A DNA stretch of 64,000 bases from an uncultured Candidatus Saccharibacteria bacterium (GCA_964558375.1 CAZLCD010000001.1:131406-195405), one strand, 5' to 3'. Shown: positions 28,896 through 38,267, counted from the first letter of the stretch. Translations and numbers: made by a program. The notes: generated by a model not told the origin, from the letters alone.

Positions 28896-29756
28896 ATGAA
28901 AAGTTATAGACCAAACACACCATCAAGAAGACATATGACCACAGTTCCATTCCGGGACTACCTTACTGTCTCTGAGCCACACAAAGCCCTTACAAAGGGA
29001 ATGAAGAGAGATATGGGAAGAAATGCCTTCGGTCGCATAACTGTTCGTCACAAGGGTGGTGGACACAAGAAGCTTTATAGAATGGTTGACTTTTCTTATA
29101 ACAAAAAAGACGTACCAGCAAAGATTACTACTATCGAATACGATCCTTTCAGAACTGGCTTCATCGCTCTTGTCCAATACGCTGACGGTGAAAAGAGATA
29201 TGTCCTTGTTCCAAAAAGTATGAAAGTTGGAGACAAGTTTATTGTTTCTGAAACTGCAAACATAGAAACAGGTAACAGACTTCCTTTGAGAAAAATCCCT
29301 GTTGGTGCCTTTGTTTACAATATCGAGATCAAGCCACAAGGTGGAGCAAAGCTCGTTCGTTCTGCCGGATCATTTGCTCAAGTTATCGCAAACGATGCAG
29401 GTTATACTCATATCAAACTTCCTTCAACTGAGATACGTAAGGTTCATGACAATGCTTGGGCAACTATCGGTACAGTTTCAAATGATGAAAATCGTTTGGT
29501 AAATATCGGTAAAGCCGGCCGAACTCGATGGCTCGGTATCCGTCCTACTGTTCGAGGTTCTGCTCAAAACCCTGTGGATCACCCATACGGAGGAGGTGAA
29601 CAGAGAACAGGTAGAGGATTGAGAAGATTGAAAACTCGATGGGGTAAGCCAGCCGGAAAGGGTCAGAAGACCAGAACCCCGAAGAAGTATTCAAATGTCT
29701 TCGTTGTCTCACGTCGTCGAGTGGGCAAGAATAAGAATGTAGAAGTTAATGGCTAA
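28896..29756 (+). CDS. rplB: 50S ribosomal protein L2
   Basis: GRITVRHKGGGHK, IEYDP, RPTVRG, NPVDHPYGGGE. Confidence 0.98.
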   Translation: MKSYRPNTPSRRHMTTVPFRDYLTVSEPHKALTKGMKRDMGRNAFGRITVRHKGGGHKKLYRMVDFSYNKKDVPAKITTIEYDPFRTGFIALVQYADGEKRYVLVPKSMKVGDKFIVSETANIETGNRLPLRKIPVGAFVYNIEIKPQGGAKLVRSAGSFAQVIANDAGYTHIKLPSTEIRKVHDNAWATIGTVSNDENRLVNIGKAGRTRWLGIRPTVRGSAQNPVDHPYGGGEQRTGRGLRRLKTRWGKPAGKGQKTRTPKKYSNVFVVSRRRVGKNKNVEVNG

Positions 29757-29761
29757 TAAAA

Positions 29762-29837
29762 TCATTAAGTCTACAAAATCTTTCATAGATCGGTTCGTAA
29801 GTTTCCTGATCTATAAGATAAATTCTTGACTTAATGA
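29762..29837. repeat. Long imperfect inverted repeat between rplB and rpsS, overlapping a predicted promoter
   Basis: tcattaagtc/gacttaatga, atctt/aagat and atagatc/gatctat nested stems; TTGACT-16-TAGTAT. Confidence 0.65.
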
Positions 29838-29861
29838 GATATTTTGCTAGTATAAAAAACT

Positions 29862-30209
29862 ATGTCACGATCACTTTATAAAGGACCATACGTCGAAGAG
29901 CGACTCTTGAAAAAGATAGCTGGAAAGAAACCTACTGAAACTGGGGTTATTAAGACATGGTATAGAAGAAGTCAGATCTCTCCAGAAATGGTCGGCTTCA
30001 TCTTTGGTGTTTATAATGGTCGACAACATGTCGAAGTTCTTGTTTCTGAAGAAATGGTAGGACATAGACTAGGTGAATTTTCTCCAACAAGAAAATTCAT
30101 AAGACATGGAGGAAAGATGCAGAAGGAGCTTGAAATGAAGGCCAAGGAAGCTGAGGTTAATGCTGCAAAATCAGCAAAGGAAGCTGTCGCAGCTCCAGCT
30201 AAAAAATAA
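29862..30209 (+). CDS. rpsS: 30S ribosomal protein S19
   Basis: [20 protein letters not shown]. Confidence 0.97.
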   Translation: MSRSLYKGPYVEERLLKKIAGKKPTETGVIKTWYRRSQISPEMVGFIFGVYNGRQHVEVLVSEEMVGHRLGEFSPTRKFIRHGGKMQKELEMKAKEAEVNAAKSAKEAVAAPAKK

Positions 30210-30219
30210 TACATAATAT

Positions 30220-30594
30220 ATGATTACCGCATCACTAAAAAACTATAGACAATCACCAAGAAAAGTTAGAACTGTAGCAAACCTCGTGCGCGGTAAATCT
30301 GTAGAAAACGCTTTAAATACACTAAGTTTTTTGAGTAAAAAGGCCGCAGACCCACTTTATATTTTACTCATGTCAGCTATTGCCAATGCCAAGAACAATT
30401 TTCAAATAGAAAAAGATATTCTAGTTGTCAAAGAATTGAGAGTAGATGCAGGAAAAGTTTTAAAAAGAAGAATGCCAAGAGCTCGTGGTAACTCTTATCC
30501 TATAAACAAAAGAACTAGTCATGTCAGTCTAGTTTTGGAGCCAATGAAAGAAAAGGCTGTCAAAATAGCAAAAACAGAAAAAATTAAAAAATAA
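30220..30594 (+). CDS. rplV: 50S ribosomal protein L22
   Basis: SPRKVR..ANLVRG, PRARG, KRTSH. Confidence 0.97.
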   Translation: MITASLKNYRQSPRKVRTVANLVRGKSVENALNTLSFLSKKAADPLYILLMSAIANAKNNFQIEKDILVVKELRVDAGKVLKRRMPRARGNSYPINKRTSHVSLVLEPMKEKAVKIAKTEKIKK

Positions 30595-30598
30595 TTAT

Positions 30599-31288
30599 AT
30601 GTCACATTCAGTACACCCATATTCACATAGACTAGGAGTTATACGAGATTGGAAGAGTCGTTGGATTGCTCGTGATAAAAATTATCGCACAGCTCTTAAG
30701 GTTGATCTTCTTATCAGACAATTCCTTACAAAAGAACTTCGAACATTCTATCTTTCAGATATTCAAATAGAGAGAAATCAAAAGTCTTTACGTGTGATCA
30801 TCCGTAGTTCACGTCCTGGTATGATCATCGGTAGAAGTGGTGATGGTATGACAAAGCTTCATGACAAGATCGTCGCTTTTCTAAAGAAGAAGGGAGTTAT
30901 TATGTCTGAACATCTTTCTGGACAAGAGCTGAAGCTCGACATTGAAGAAGTCAGAAATCCAGAGGCTAATGCAGCGATTGTCGCTATGATGGTGGCTGAA
31001 GGTCTAGAAAAACGTCTACCTTTCCGAAGAGTTTTGAAGCAGACTCTTGAAAAGATTATTGCAAGCAAGGAAGTTAAGGGAGCAAAGATAAAACTTTCTG
31101 GTCGTCTTGGCGGTGCAGAAATGGCACGAAGAGAAGATCTTAAGAAGGGTCAGATTCCTCTACAAACATTGCGTGCAGATATTGATTTTGCTCGAGAGAA
31201 GGCTCATATGACTTATGGAGACATAGGTATAAAGGTCTGGATATACAAGGGTCAGATTTTCGAGAAAGACCTTAAAAATATAAAATAA
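30599..31288 (+). CDS. rpsC: 30S ribosomal protein S3
   Basis: RPGMIIGR.G, SGRLGGAEMAR, PLQTLRADID. Confidence 0.97.
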   Translation: MSHSVHPYSHRLGVIRDWKSRWIARDKNYRTALKVDLLIRQFLTKELRTFYLSDIQIERNQKSLRVIIRSSRPGMIIGRSGDGMTKLHDKIVAFLKKKGVIMSEHLSGQELKLDIEEVRNPEANAAIVAMMVAEGLEKRLPFRRVLKQTLEKIIASKEVKGAKIKLSGRLGGAEMARREDLKKGQIPLQTLRADIDFAREKAHMTYGDIGIKVWIYKGQIFEKDLKNIK

Positions 31289-31292
31289 TCAC

Positions 31293-31724
31293 ATGTTATT
31301 TCCTAAAAAAGTAAAATTCAGAAAGTGGCATACAGGCCGAACAAATGCAAAAAAGCTTGCAAATAGTGTTGAAACTCGTGGCACAAAAGTTTCTTTCGGC
31401 TCTTATGGTTTGAAAGCTCTGAAATATGGAAGACTTTCTTCAAATGAAATAGAAGCTGCTCGTAAGGTTATGGCACGTTATGCTACAAAGTCTGGAAAGG
31501 TTTGGGTGCGTATCTTCCCAGATAGACCATTTACACAGAAGCCTGCAGAGGTTAAGCTTGGAAAGGGTAAGGGAGAACCTATGGGATTCGTAGCTCAGGT
31601 CAAGGCTGGACGCGTTCTCTTTGAAATTGACGGAGTTGATGATAAGGTAGCACAAGAGGCTTTGAGAAAGGCTGGTACAAAGATTTCAATAAAGACCAAG
31701 ATAGTTAGTAGAAACCTAATGTAA
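31293..31724 (+). CDS. rplP: 50S ribosomal protein L16
   Basis: IEAAR, RIFPD.P.T.KP.E...GKGKG. Confidence 0.97.
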   Translation: MLFPKKVKFRKWHTGRTNAKKLANSVETRGTKVSFGSYGLKALKYGRLSSNEIEAARKVMARYATKSGKVWVRIFPDRPFTQKPAEVKLGKGKGEPMGFVAQVKAGRVLFEIDGVDDKVAQEALRKAGTKISIKTKIVSRNLM

Positions 31725-31728
31725 AGAT

Positions 31729-31917
31729 ATGAAAGAACTTAAAAACAAAACCCCACAAGAACTAAAGAAGCTCATTACCGAGAAGAATGAAGTTCTACGT
31801 AATTTTAGATTCGGTTCTACTGGTAGTAAGACTAAAAATGTTAAACTTGGCTATACCACAAAAAAAGAGATAGCAAGGATTATGACAGAATTAAGTATTA
31901 GAAAACATGCAAAATAA
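31729..31917 (+). CDS. rpmC: 50S ribosomal protein L29
   Basis: Operon position; KKEIARIMT. Confidence 0.93.
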   Translation: MKELKNKTPQELKKLITEKNEVLRNFRFGSTGSKTKNVKLGYTTKKEIARIMTELSIRKHAK

Positions 31918-32167
31918 AACATCACAAAAGAATACTGAAGTAAGACACAAGACATTATCTGGTGTGGTAGTTTCTGACAAGATGAAGGACACTATCGTTG
32001 TTCGTGTTGGCAGATTCGTAAAGAATGAAAAATACAAAAAATACGTCACTTCTCACAAGCGTTACAAAGTTCACGACGCTGGTAATACCAAGAAAATCGG
32101 TGACAAGGTAATGATCGAGTCATGCAGACCTATGTCAAAGGACAAGTCATTTAAAGTAATCGCATAA
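31907..32167 (+). CDS. rpsQ: 30S ribosomal protein S17
   Basis: GVVVSDKMKDTIVV, GD.V.I..CRP.SK.K. Confidence 0.96.
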   Translation: MQNKTSQKNTEVRHKTLSGVVVSDKMKDTIVVRVGRFVKNEKYKKYVTSHKRYKVHDAGNTKKIGDKVMIESCRPMSKDKSFKVIA

Positions 32168-32177
32168 TACAAATACC

Positions 32178-32549
32178 ATGATACAACCACGATCAATAGT
32201 AAGAATAACAGATAATTGCGGAGCAAAAATTGGCCGTATTTTCAAAGTGCTCGGAAGTTCAAAGAAGCGATACGCGGAGATAGGCGACCTTGTGATCCTC
32301 TCTGTACAAAAGGCAGAACCAAGAAAGGCTATCAAGAAGAAGGATGTATTACAGGGTGTAGTAGTTCGCCAAGTAAAAGCTTTTCGAAGAAAGGATGGTT
32401 CTTATATTCGCTTCGACGAAAACGCTGTAGTTATCCTTGAAAAAGGCAAGAAGGAGCCGATAGCTGGACGTATCTTCGGCCCTATCCCTCGCGAGCTTGG
32501 TGAAAAAGGTTTTCAAACTATTGCTTCAAAGGCACCAGAGATTGTATAA
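32178..32549 (+). CDS. rplN: 50S ribosomal protein L14
   Basis: MIQ, DN.GAK, DGSYIRFDENA, RIFGP. Confidence 0.97.
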   Translation: MIQPRSIVRITDNCGAKIGRIFKVLGSSKKRYAEIGDLVILSVQKAEPRKAIKKKDVLQGVVVRQVKAFRRKDGSYIRFDENAVVILEKGKKEPIAGRIFGPIPRELGEKGFQTIASKAPEIV

Positions 32550-32565
32550 ATTTTAATAAAAGATT

Positions 32566-32826
32566 ATGAAAATAAAAAAGGATGACAATGTAATAGTGCT
32601 AGCAGGAAAGGATAAGGGTAAAACCGGTAAGGTTATAAAAGCTATGCCAAAAGAAAATCGCGTAGTTGTTTCTGGTGTAAATATGTTTAAGAAAAACCAG
32701 AGAGCTCGTAAGCAAGGTCAAAAGGGTCAGGTTATAGAGGTAAATGGTTCTATCAATGTCTCAAACGTCGCGCTTGTGAGTGAATTTAAAAAAGAAACTA
32801 AAGCAAAGAAGGTCGCTAAGAAATAA
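32566..32826 (+). CDS. rplX: 50S ribosomal protein L24 (short)
   Basis: KOW motif [19 protein letters not shown]. Confidence 0.95.
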   Translation: MKIKKDDNVIVLAGKDKGKTGKVIKAMPKENRVVVSGVNMFKKNQRARKQGQKGQVIEVNGSINVSNVALVSEFKKETKAKKVAKK

Positions 32827-32835
32827 AGAAATAAT

Positions 32836-33411
32836 ATGAAACCACATACACATACAGCAAAGCCAACATTTGAAATGAATAAGGAGTCCTTCAAGGCTCT
32901 CAAGGAAAAGTTCGACTACAAAAATGTCATGCAAGCGCCAAAGCTTACTAAGCTCGTGATCAGTACTGGTACGGGATCAGTGAAAGACAAGAAAAAGATC
33001 GAACTTATAGCTGATCGTCTAGCAAAGATCACAGGTCAGAAACCAGCTCCTCGTTCAAGTAAGAAATCAATTGCTTCTTTCAAAGTGCGACAAGGTGACC
33101 TTGTTGGATATCAGATCACTCTTCGTGGCAAGAGAATGGCAGACTTTATCGACAAGCTTGTGCATATCGCTCTTCCTCGTACAAAAGACTTTCGTGGTAT
33201 CTCAAAGACTGCTGTAGATGAAATGGGGAACTATACTCTAGGTATTAAGGAACACACTATCTTCCCAGAAACCGCAGATGAAGATCTAAAGGATGTTTTT
33301 GGTTTTGCTATGACTATCGTTACTACTTCAAAGAAGAAAGAAGAAACTCTAGCTTTCCTAGAATATCTCGGTTTTCCATTTAAGAAAGAGGAAGTGAAGA
33401 AGGGGAAGTAG
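32836..33411 (+). CDS. rplE: 50S ribosomal protein L5
   Basis: ITGQKP, TLRG, LPR.KDFRG, GNYTLG..EH.IFPE. Confidence 0.97.
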   Translation: MKPHTHTAKPTFEMNKESFKALKEKFDYKNVMQAPKLTKLVISTGTGSVKDKKKIELIADRLAKITGQKPAPRSSKKSIASFKVRQGDLVGYQITLRGKRMADFIDKLVHIALPRTKDFRGISKTAVDEMGNYTLGIKEHTIFPETADEDLKDVFGFAMTIVTTSKKKEETLAFLEYLGFPFKKEEVKKGK

Positions 33412-33456
33412 GGTTGAAAAATTTGTTTATTTTAGTTAACTTTGATATCATTCTCT

Positions 33457-33622
33457 TTATCATCTGAAGACTGGAAAATCCCCGCCCAGCGCTCTCCTAG
33501 AGAGAGGCATGTATGTGAGAACTTGGGGTCTCACCAGAACTAAAAACGGTTGGAAGTTTACCTTCCAGCCTTTTTAGTTCGCTAGAAGTAGGAGGTGAGT
33601 TTGGGAAAATAAAAAGGGAGGT
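33457..33622 (+). ncRNA. Unassigned structured RNA downstream of rplE
   Basis: TTGTTT-17-TATCAT (TG-extended) upstream; four hairpins including a 19-bp stem with a G-U pair on the + strand; no credible ORF. Confidence 0.55.
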
Positions 33623-33624
33623 AA

Positions 33625-33656
33625 TAAAAAACAGGCGGTCATTTCTGAGCGCCTGT
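33625..33656 (-). terminator. Intrinsic terminator of orphan gene 33716..34150
   Basis: Minus strand acaggcgctca-GAAA-tgaccgcctgt followed by a T-run. Confidence 0.75.
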
Positions 33657-33715
33657 GTAAATCTTCGAAGCATTGAGATTTCTCCGGTTGCTTCACCGAG
33701 TGGACAAACCACCAT

Positions 33716-34150
33716 TCATTGCAAGAGGTACCAATCTGCATTGGCTTGCCAAGACTGACTGTCTTGCCGTATAAACCTAAATGCATTCCTGAGTGTGAGT
33801 TCATACCCAGCTTTAATGCCAGGTTCCAACATCATAACTTGGGGTTTCTGTTGCGTGCGCCAGTCACTGACAATGACTGTGCCCAGTTTGGTGACCTCAT
33901 CAACCATGAAGACACGAGAGGGTGAATCCAGTTTCTCTAAACTGTGCACCTCAACAAGGTCGCCCGTACGGAGCTTTTGTTGCTCCTGGACATATTGGGT
34001 GATGACGTGCTGGGTGGTGGTATGCAAACCAGCAAACCACCGCGCTTCTTCTTCGGCACTGATTGCCATCTGTCGCAAGAAGATAAGTGTGCTTGTCAGC
34101 AGCACGGCGGCGATAGCTGTTCCGATAGACAAGTAATCACGAGTTTTCAT
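33716..34150 (-). CDS. Orphan membrane-anchored protein inserted in the spc operon
   Basis: N-terminal TM; possible KOW/SH3-like GDLVEV segment; higher GC than flanks; own promoter and terminator. Confidence 0.7.
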   Translation of the reverse strand: MKTRDYLSIGTAIAAVLLTSTLIFLRQMAISAEEEARWFAGLHTTTQHVITQYVQEQQKLRTGDLVEVHSLEKLDSPSRVFMVDEVTKLGTVIVSDWRTQQKPQVMMLEPGIKAGYELTLRNAFRFIRQDSQSWQANADWYLLQ

Positions 34151-34172
34151 AGATATAGATATTTTGTATTTT

Positions 34173-34241
34173 GTTTAGTGCAGTCATGATCTACTATTTT
34201 TCACTCAAGCGAGTGGTAATAGATCAATTTCCACACTAAAC
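34173..34241 (-). promoter_or_regulatory. Rod-like 5' UTR hairpin of the orphan gene
   Basis: Nested gtttagtg/cactaaac, tgatcta/tagatca and cactc/gagtg stems. Confidence 0.6.
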
Positions 34242-34272
34242 CTTTTCAAGGTGCTCAACACTATCTTTCTAC

Positions 34273-34331
34273 ATGATAGCATACTATACAGTATATGTCA
34301 AGATGACATTATTTACCTTATCTGATAGTAT
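34273..34331. promoter_or_regulatory. Back-to-back sigma70 promoters
   Basis: Minus TTGACA(34301-34296)-17-TATCAT; plus ATGACA(34303)-17-TAGTAT driving rpsN. Confidence 0.65.
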
Positions 34332-34436
34332 AAGCCAATCGTAAATAAGTGAGTGAAATAAAGAAAAAGTAGTGATCGGAAGCACAACCGCAAGGTATAG
34401 CTAACCAATCCTTATTTTTGTTAAAAAATCGTAAAA

Positions 34437-34622
34437 ATGGCAAAAAAATCAACAATAGCAAGATCAAGTAAAGCACCGAAATTCAAAAGTCGAGTGGTTC
34501 GACGTTGCTTCCGTTGCGGTCGAAAGAATGGCTATATGAGAGACTTTGACCTTTGCCGTATTTGTTTTAGAGAGTTCGCTAATGAAGGAGTTATTCCAGG
34601 AATAAAAAAATCATCATGGTAA
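34437..34622 (+). CDS. rpsZ: 30S ribosomal protein S14, Zn-binding type Z
   Basis: 61 aa; RCFRCGR...LCRICFRE. Confidence 0.96.
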   Translation: MAKKSTIARSSKAPKFKSRVVRRCFRCGRKNGYMRDFDLCRICFREFANEGVIPGIKKSSW

Positions 34623-35008
34623 CAGACCCTATCGCAGATTTTATCGTAAGAATCAAGAATGCTAGTGATGCTCGCAAGGCTTCAGTTTCTATACCTTACT
34701 CTATTTTAAAAGAAAGTATTGCTCACACTTTGGTAAAGGGCGGGTATATCAATGCTGTTGAAAGTAAGGGTAAGAAAATCGACAAGACACTAGAGATCAC
34801 ACTTACTTATATCGGCAAAGAGCCAAGACTTCATGGTATCGATCGTATCTCTAAGCCTTCTCGAAGAATTTATCAAAAATCAAAAGACATCAGAATGTTT
34901 AAGAGTGGTTTTGGAAATGTAATACTTTCTACACCACAAGGTATTTATCTTGATGCTGATGCAAAGAAAGCAAAGGTCGGAGGCGAGGTTTTATTTAAAA
35001 TCTGGTAA
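34616..35008 (+). CDS. rpsH: 30S ribosomal protein S8
   Basis: DPIAD...RIKNA, RISKPSRRIY, LSTP.G, GGEVL. Confidence 0.97.
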   Translation: MVTDPIADFIVRIKNASDARKASVSIPYSILKESIAHTLVKGGYINAVESKGKKIDKTLEITLTYIGKEPRLHGIDRISKPSRRIYQKSKDIRMFKSGFGNVILSTPQGIYLDADAKKAKVGGEVLFKIW

Positions 35009-35019
35009 TAAAAAATTAT

Positions 35020-35553
35020 ATGTCACGAATCGCAAAAAAACCTATTTTGATACCAGAAAAAACCGATGTCTCTTTTGCATCAGGAATTTTGACTGTCAAA
35101 GGTCCTTTGGGGGAAATTAAAAAATCTCTACGCTCTGAGATTGATGTAAAGATAGACGGCGGACAGATTTCTCTTATACCAGAAAGACAATCTCTAGATA
35201 TACTTGCTCTATGGGGAACATACGCTTCTCATATACGTAATATGATAGAGGGAGTTCATAAAGCTTTCGAAAAGAAACTGATCGTAGAAGGTATCGGTTT
35301 TAAGTCTGATGTAAAAGGCACCGAGCTACACCTTGCTCTAGGTTTCTCTCATCCAGTTGTCAAAAAGATTCCAGAAGGATTGAAGGTTACAGCCGAAAAG
35401 AATATCATTACAGTTTCTGGAATTGATATTGAAAAGGTGGGACAGTTTGTAGCTCAGGTTCGTGCCTTGAAAAAGCCAGAACCTTATAAGGGTAAGGGTA
35501 TTCGATATAGTGATGAAACTATACGAAGAAAGCAAGGTAAGAAATCTGTATAA
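35020..35553 (+). CDS. rplF: 50S ribosomal protein L6
   Basis: [25 protein letters not shown]. Confidence 0.97.
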   Translation: MSRIAKKPILIPEKTDVSFASGILTVKGPLGEIKKSLRSEIDVKIDGGQISLIPERQSLDILALWGTYASHIRNMIEGVHKAFEKKLIVEGIGFKSDVKGTELHLALGFSHPVVKKIPEGLKVTAEKNIITVSGIDIEKVGQFVAQVRALKKPEPYKGKGIRYSDETIRRKQGKKSV

Positions 35554-35563
35554 AGATAAATAT

Positions 35564-35887
35564 ATGAATACAAGTAAACAAAAACAATTAAAAATTTCTA
35601 GAAGACACAAAAAGATCAGATCTATATTGTCTGGAACAGCTTTGCGCCCACGTCTTTCAGTCTTTAAGTCTAATAAATTTCTCTATGCTCAGCTTATAGA
35701 TGATGAAAAAGGTAATACTCTTGCTCAAGCAAACTCTCACGATGCAAAAAAGGTTGGTGATGAGATAGCTAAGAAAGCAAAGACTTTGAAGATTGATAAG
35801 GTGGTTTTTGATCGAGGCGGATACCTTTACACTGGCAAGATAAAGTTGATTGCCGATTCAGCTAGAGAAGGAGGCCTTAATTTTTAA
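35564..35887 (+). CDS. rplR: 50S ribosomal protein L18
   Basis: [27 protein letters not shown]. Confidence 0.96.
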   Translation: MNTSKQKQLKISRRHKKIRSILSGTALRPRLSVFKSNKFLYAQLIDDEKGNTLAQANSHDAKKVGDEIAKKAKTLKIDKVVFDRGGYLYTGKIKLIADSAREGGLNF

Positions 35888-35895
35888 TAAATAAT

Positions 35896-36519
35896 ATGGA
35901 TAAAGATACACAAACAATTGAACAAGAGGTACCAGTAATTGCGGATATTGTTGCACCTACTCCTTCTTCTGCAGCTCCTGCTCCAAGACAATCTTTCAGA
36001 GACTCACGCCCACCTCGTGGTGGCAAAAGACCTGCTCGTTCTGATAAAGAAAGAGTAAAGCCTGAGTTCGATACAAAGATTATTGCTATCCGTCGCGTAA
36101 CTCGAGTAGCATCTGGAGGTAGAAGATTTACTTTTTCTGTAGCAGTAGTTTCTGGAGATAGAAAGGGTAAGGTTGGAGTTGGTCTTGGTAAGGCTGGAGA
36201 CACTTCTCTTGCTATAGACAAGGCGACAAGAAATGCAAAGAAAAATATGATAAAAGTTACACTTTCTCAGTCTATGAATATACCTCATATGGTTGAAGCA
36301 AAGTATTCTAGTGCAAGAGTTATGATCATGCCAGCAAGAGGACGAGGGGTAGTAGCTGGAAGTGCTGTGCGCAATGTTATCGAACTTGCAGGTATTAAGG
36401 ATGTCTGTGCAAAACTCCTTTCTGGAAGTAAGAACAAGCTCAATATAGCTCGTGTTACTATCAAGGCTCTCGAGAAACTTTCCAAAAATCCTCGAACGAT
36501 TTTATCAGAAAAAATATAA
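35896..36519 (+). CDS. rpsE: 30S ribosomal protein S5
   Basis: RRVTRV..GGRRF.F, GKVGVG.GK. Confidence 0.97.
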   Translation: MDKDTQTIEQEVPVIADIVAPTPSSAAPAPRQSFRDSRPPRGGKRPARSDKERVKPEFDTKIIAIRRVTRVASGGRRFTFSVAVVSGDRKGKVGVGLGKAGDTSLAIDKATRNAKKNMIKVTLSQSMNIPHMVEAKYSSARVMIMPARGRGVVAGSAVRNVIELAGIKDVCAKLLSGSKNKLNIARVTIKALEKLSKNPRTILSEKI

Positions 36520-36528
36520 TACACTACC

Positions 36529-36969
36529 ATGCAACTCAATAATCTAATTCCAAAAACAAAAAACAAAAAGGCAATGCTTGTTGGTCGTGGAGGTAAAAGA
36601 GGTAAAACTTCAGGACGAGGTGGAAAGGGTCAGACAGCTCGTGCCGGTAACAAGAAGCGTCCAGAACTCAGAGACTTTATTAAAAGAATTCCTAAGCTTC
36701 GTGGTCGTGGAGTCAATCAAAACAAAAGTCCAAACACAAAGCCAACTATCGTAAACTTAAGTGATATCGAAGTTGTATTTGAAAATGGTTCTATAGTTTC
36801 TCCTGCTACTCTTATTGAAAAAAGAACCATCTCTACATTGGATGGTAGAATACCTCAAGTAAAGATTCTTGGTTCTGGAGATTTTACAAAGAAAATAACC
36901 ATCGAAGGTTGTCTGATTTCAGCTCAAGCAAAAGAGAAGGTGGAAAAGGCTGGGGGTATGGTAAAATAA
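36529..36969 (+). CDS. rplO: 50S ribosomal protein L15
   Basis: GRGGKRGKTSGRG.KGQ.AR, VKILG.G, AGG.V. Confidence 0.96.
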   Translation: MQLNNLIPKTKNKKAMLVGRGGKRGKTSGRGGKGQTARAGNKKRPELRDFIKRIPKLRGRGVNQNKSPNTKPTIVNLSDIEVVFENGSIVSPATLIEKRTISTLDGRIPQVKILGSGDFTKKITIEGCLISAQAKEKVEKAGGMVK

Positions 36970-36981
36970 ACATTAAATAAC

Positions 36982-38256
36982 ATGAAAAAACTTCTCGAAA
37001 AAATAACCGTCGTTCTTCGGGATCCTACATTGAGAAGACGAATAGGTTTTACGATAGGGGCACTCGTATTGTTCCGCCTTCTTTCGGCTATACCTGTGCC
37101 TGGTATCGACATTGCTAGTCTAGAAAGACTTCTTTCTGGTAATCAATTCCTAGGTCTTCTCGATATATTTTCTGGAGGAGGAGTCTCTAGACTTTCTATA
37201 GTTATGCTCGGTGTCGGACCTTACATCACTGGATCTATCATTATGCAACTTTTGACTATGATGTTCCCAAAGATGAAAGCTATGATGCAAGAAGAAGGTG
37301 AGGCTGGAAGACAAAAGCTTTCTAATTATTCAAGACTTATCTCAGTACCTCTAGCTGCTCTACAAGCTTTTGCTTTTATTAGTCTTTTTCAAAGTCAAAA
37401 TGTTCTTCCACAGTTCAACGGTATGGAATTATTTGTAAGTATCGTTGTGATCACCGCTGGTTCTGTACTACTTATGTGGATCGGTGAACTTATCTCAGAG
37501 TTTGGTATTGGTAATGGAGTATCCCTCATTATCTTTGCTGGTATCGTTGCGGTTTTGCCTCAAAGAATATTCCAGTTTATTGCAAAGTTCACTCCAGATC
37601 AGATACCTTTCTACCTTTTGTTCCTTGTAGTCGCTCTTGTTGTTATCATCGGTGTAGTTGTTGTAACTGAAGCAGAAAGATCCGTATCTGTAACATATGC
37701 AAAACAGGTAAGAGGTAACAAAGTTTATGGTGGAGTGTCTACATATTTACCATTAAGACTAAACCAAGCTGGAGTTATTCCAATTATCTTTGCTCTCTCA
37801 ATACTTCTTTTCCCTCAGATTATTGCCAACTTCTTTGCAAAATCTGCAAACTTAACTATAGCTGACTTCTCATCATTAGTCTTAAGTTTTCTAGCTAATC
37901 CATGGATATATGCAGCTACATATTTCTTCTTAGTTTTTGTTTTCACTTACTTCTACACTGCTGTGACTTTTGACCCAAAGCAGATCTCAGAAAACTTACA
38001 GAAAGGCGGAGCATTCATTCCTGGAGTTCGTCCTGGAGAAGCTACAATGGATTATCTTGCAAAGATCGTGACACGCATTACACTTGTTGGTGCTTTATTC
38101 CTCGGACTTATCGCAGTTTTGCCGAACGTTATACAAGGTATACAGGGTGGTGACCAGACATTTGCTATCGGTGGTACAGCGCTACTTATCGTCGTATCTG
38201 TAGTACTTGACCTATTGAAGAAAATCGATGCACAGGTCTCAATGAGAGAATATTAG
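36982..38256 (+). CDS. secY: Preprotein translocase SecY
   Basis: PYIT.SII.QLL, GIGNG.SLIIF, AGVIPIIFA, FIPGVRPG, GGT.LLIVV.V. Confidence 0.98.
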   Translation: MKKLLEKITVVLRDPTLRRRIGFTIGALVLFRLLSAIPVPGIDIASLERLLSGNQFLGLLDIFSGGGVSRLSIVMLGVGPYITGSIIMQLLTMMFPKMKAMMQEEGEAGRQKLSNYSRLISVPLAALQAFAFISLFQSQNVLPQFNGMELFVSIVVITAGSVLLMWIGELISEFGIGNGVSLIIFAGIVAVLPQRIFQFIAKFTPDQIPFYLLFLVVALVVIIGVVVVTEAERSVSVTYAKQVRGNKVYGGVSTYLPLRLNQAGVIPIIFALSILLFPQIIANFFAKSANLTIADFSSLVLSFLANPWIYAATYFFLVFVFTYFYTAVTFDPKQISENLQKGGAFIPGVRPGEATMDYLAKIVTRITLVGALFLGLIAVLPNVIQGIQGGDQTFAIGGTALLIVVSVVLDLLKKIDAQVSMREY

Positions 38257-38267
38257 AACTAGAGCTC

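Noticed and set aside
33457-33622. Resemblance to glmS ribozyme (ccagaact...agtt), c-di-AMP or SAM riboswitch, or RNase P RNA
   Set aside because: Only 6-8 nt matches; the diagnostic cores (AGCGCC/GACGAGG, GAGGAAAGUCC) are absent.
33497-33715. 72-aa minus-strand ORF in frame directly after the TGA of 33716..34150 (possible readthrough or UGA recoding)
   Set aside because: It crosses a clear minus-strand terminator and the structured RNA, and TGA ends conserved genes here (smpB, ftsH, ung), so code 25 does not apply.
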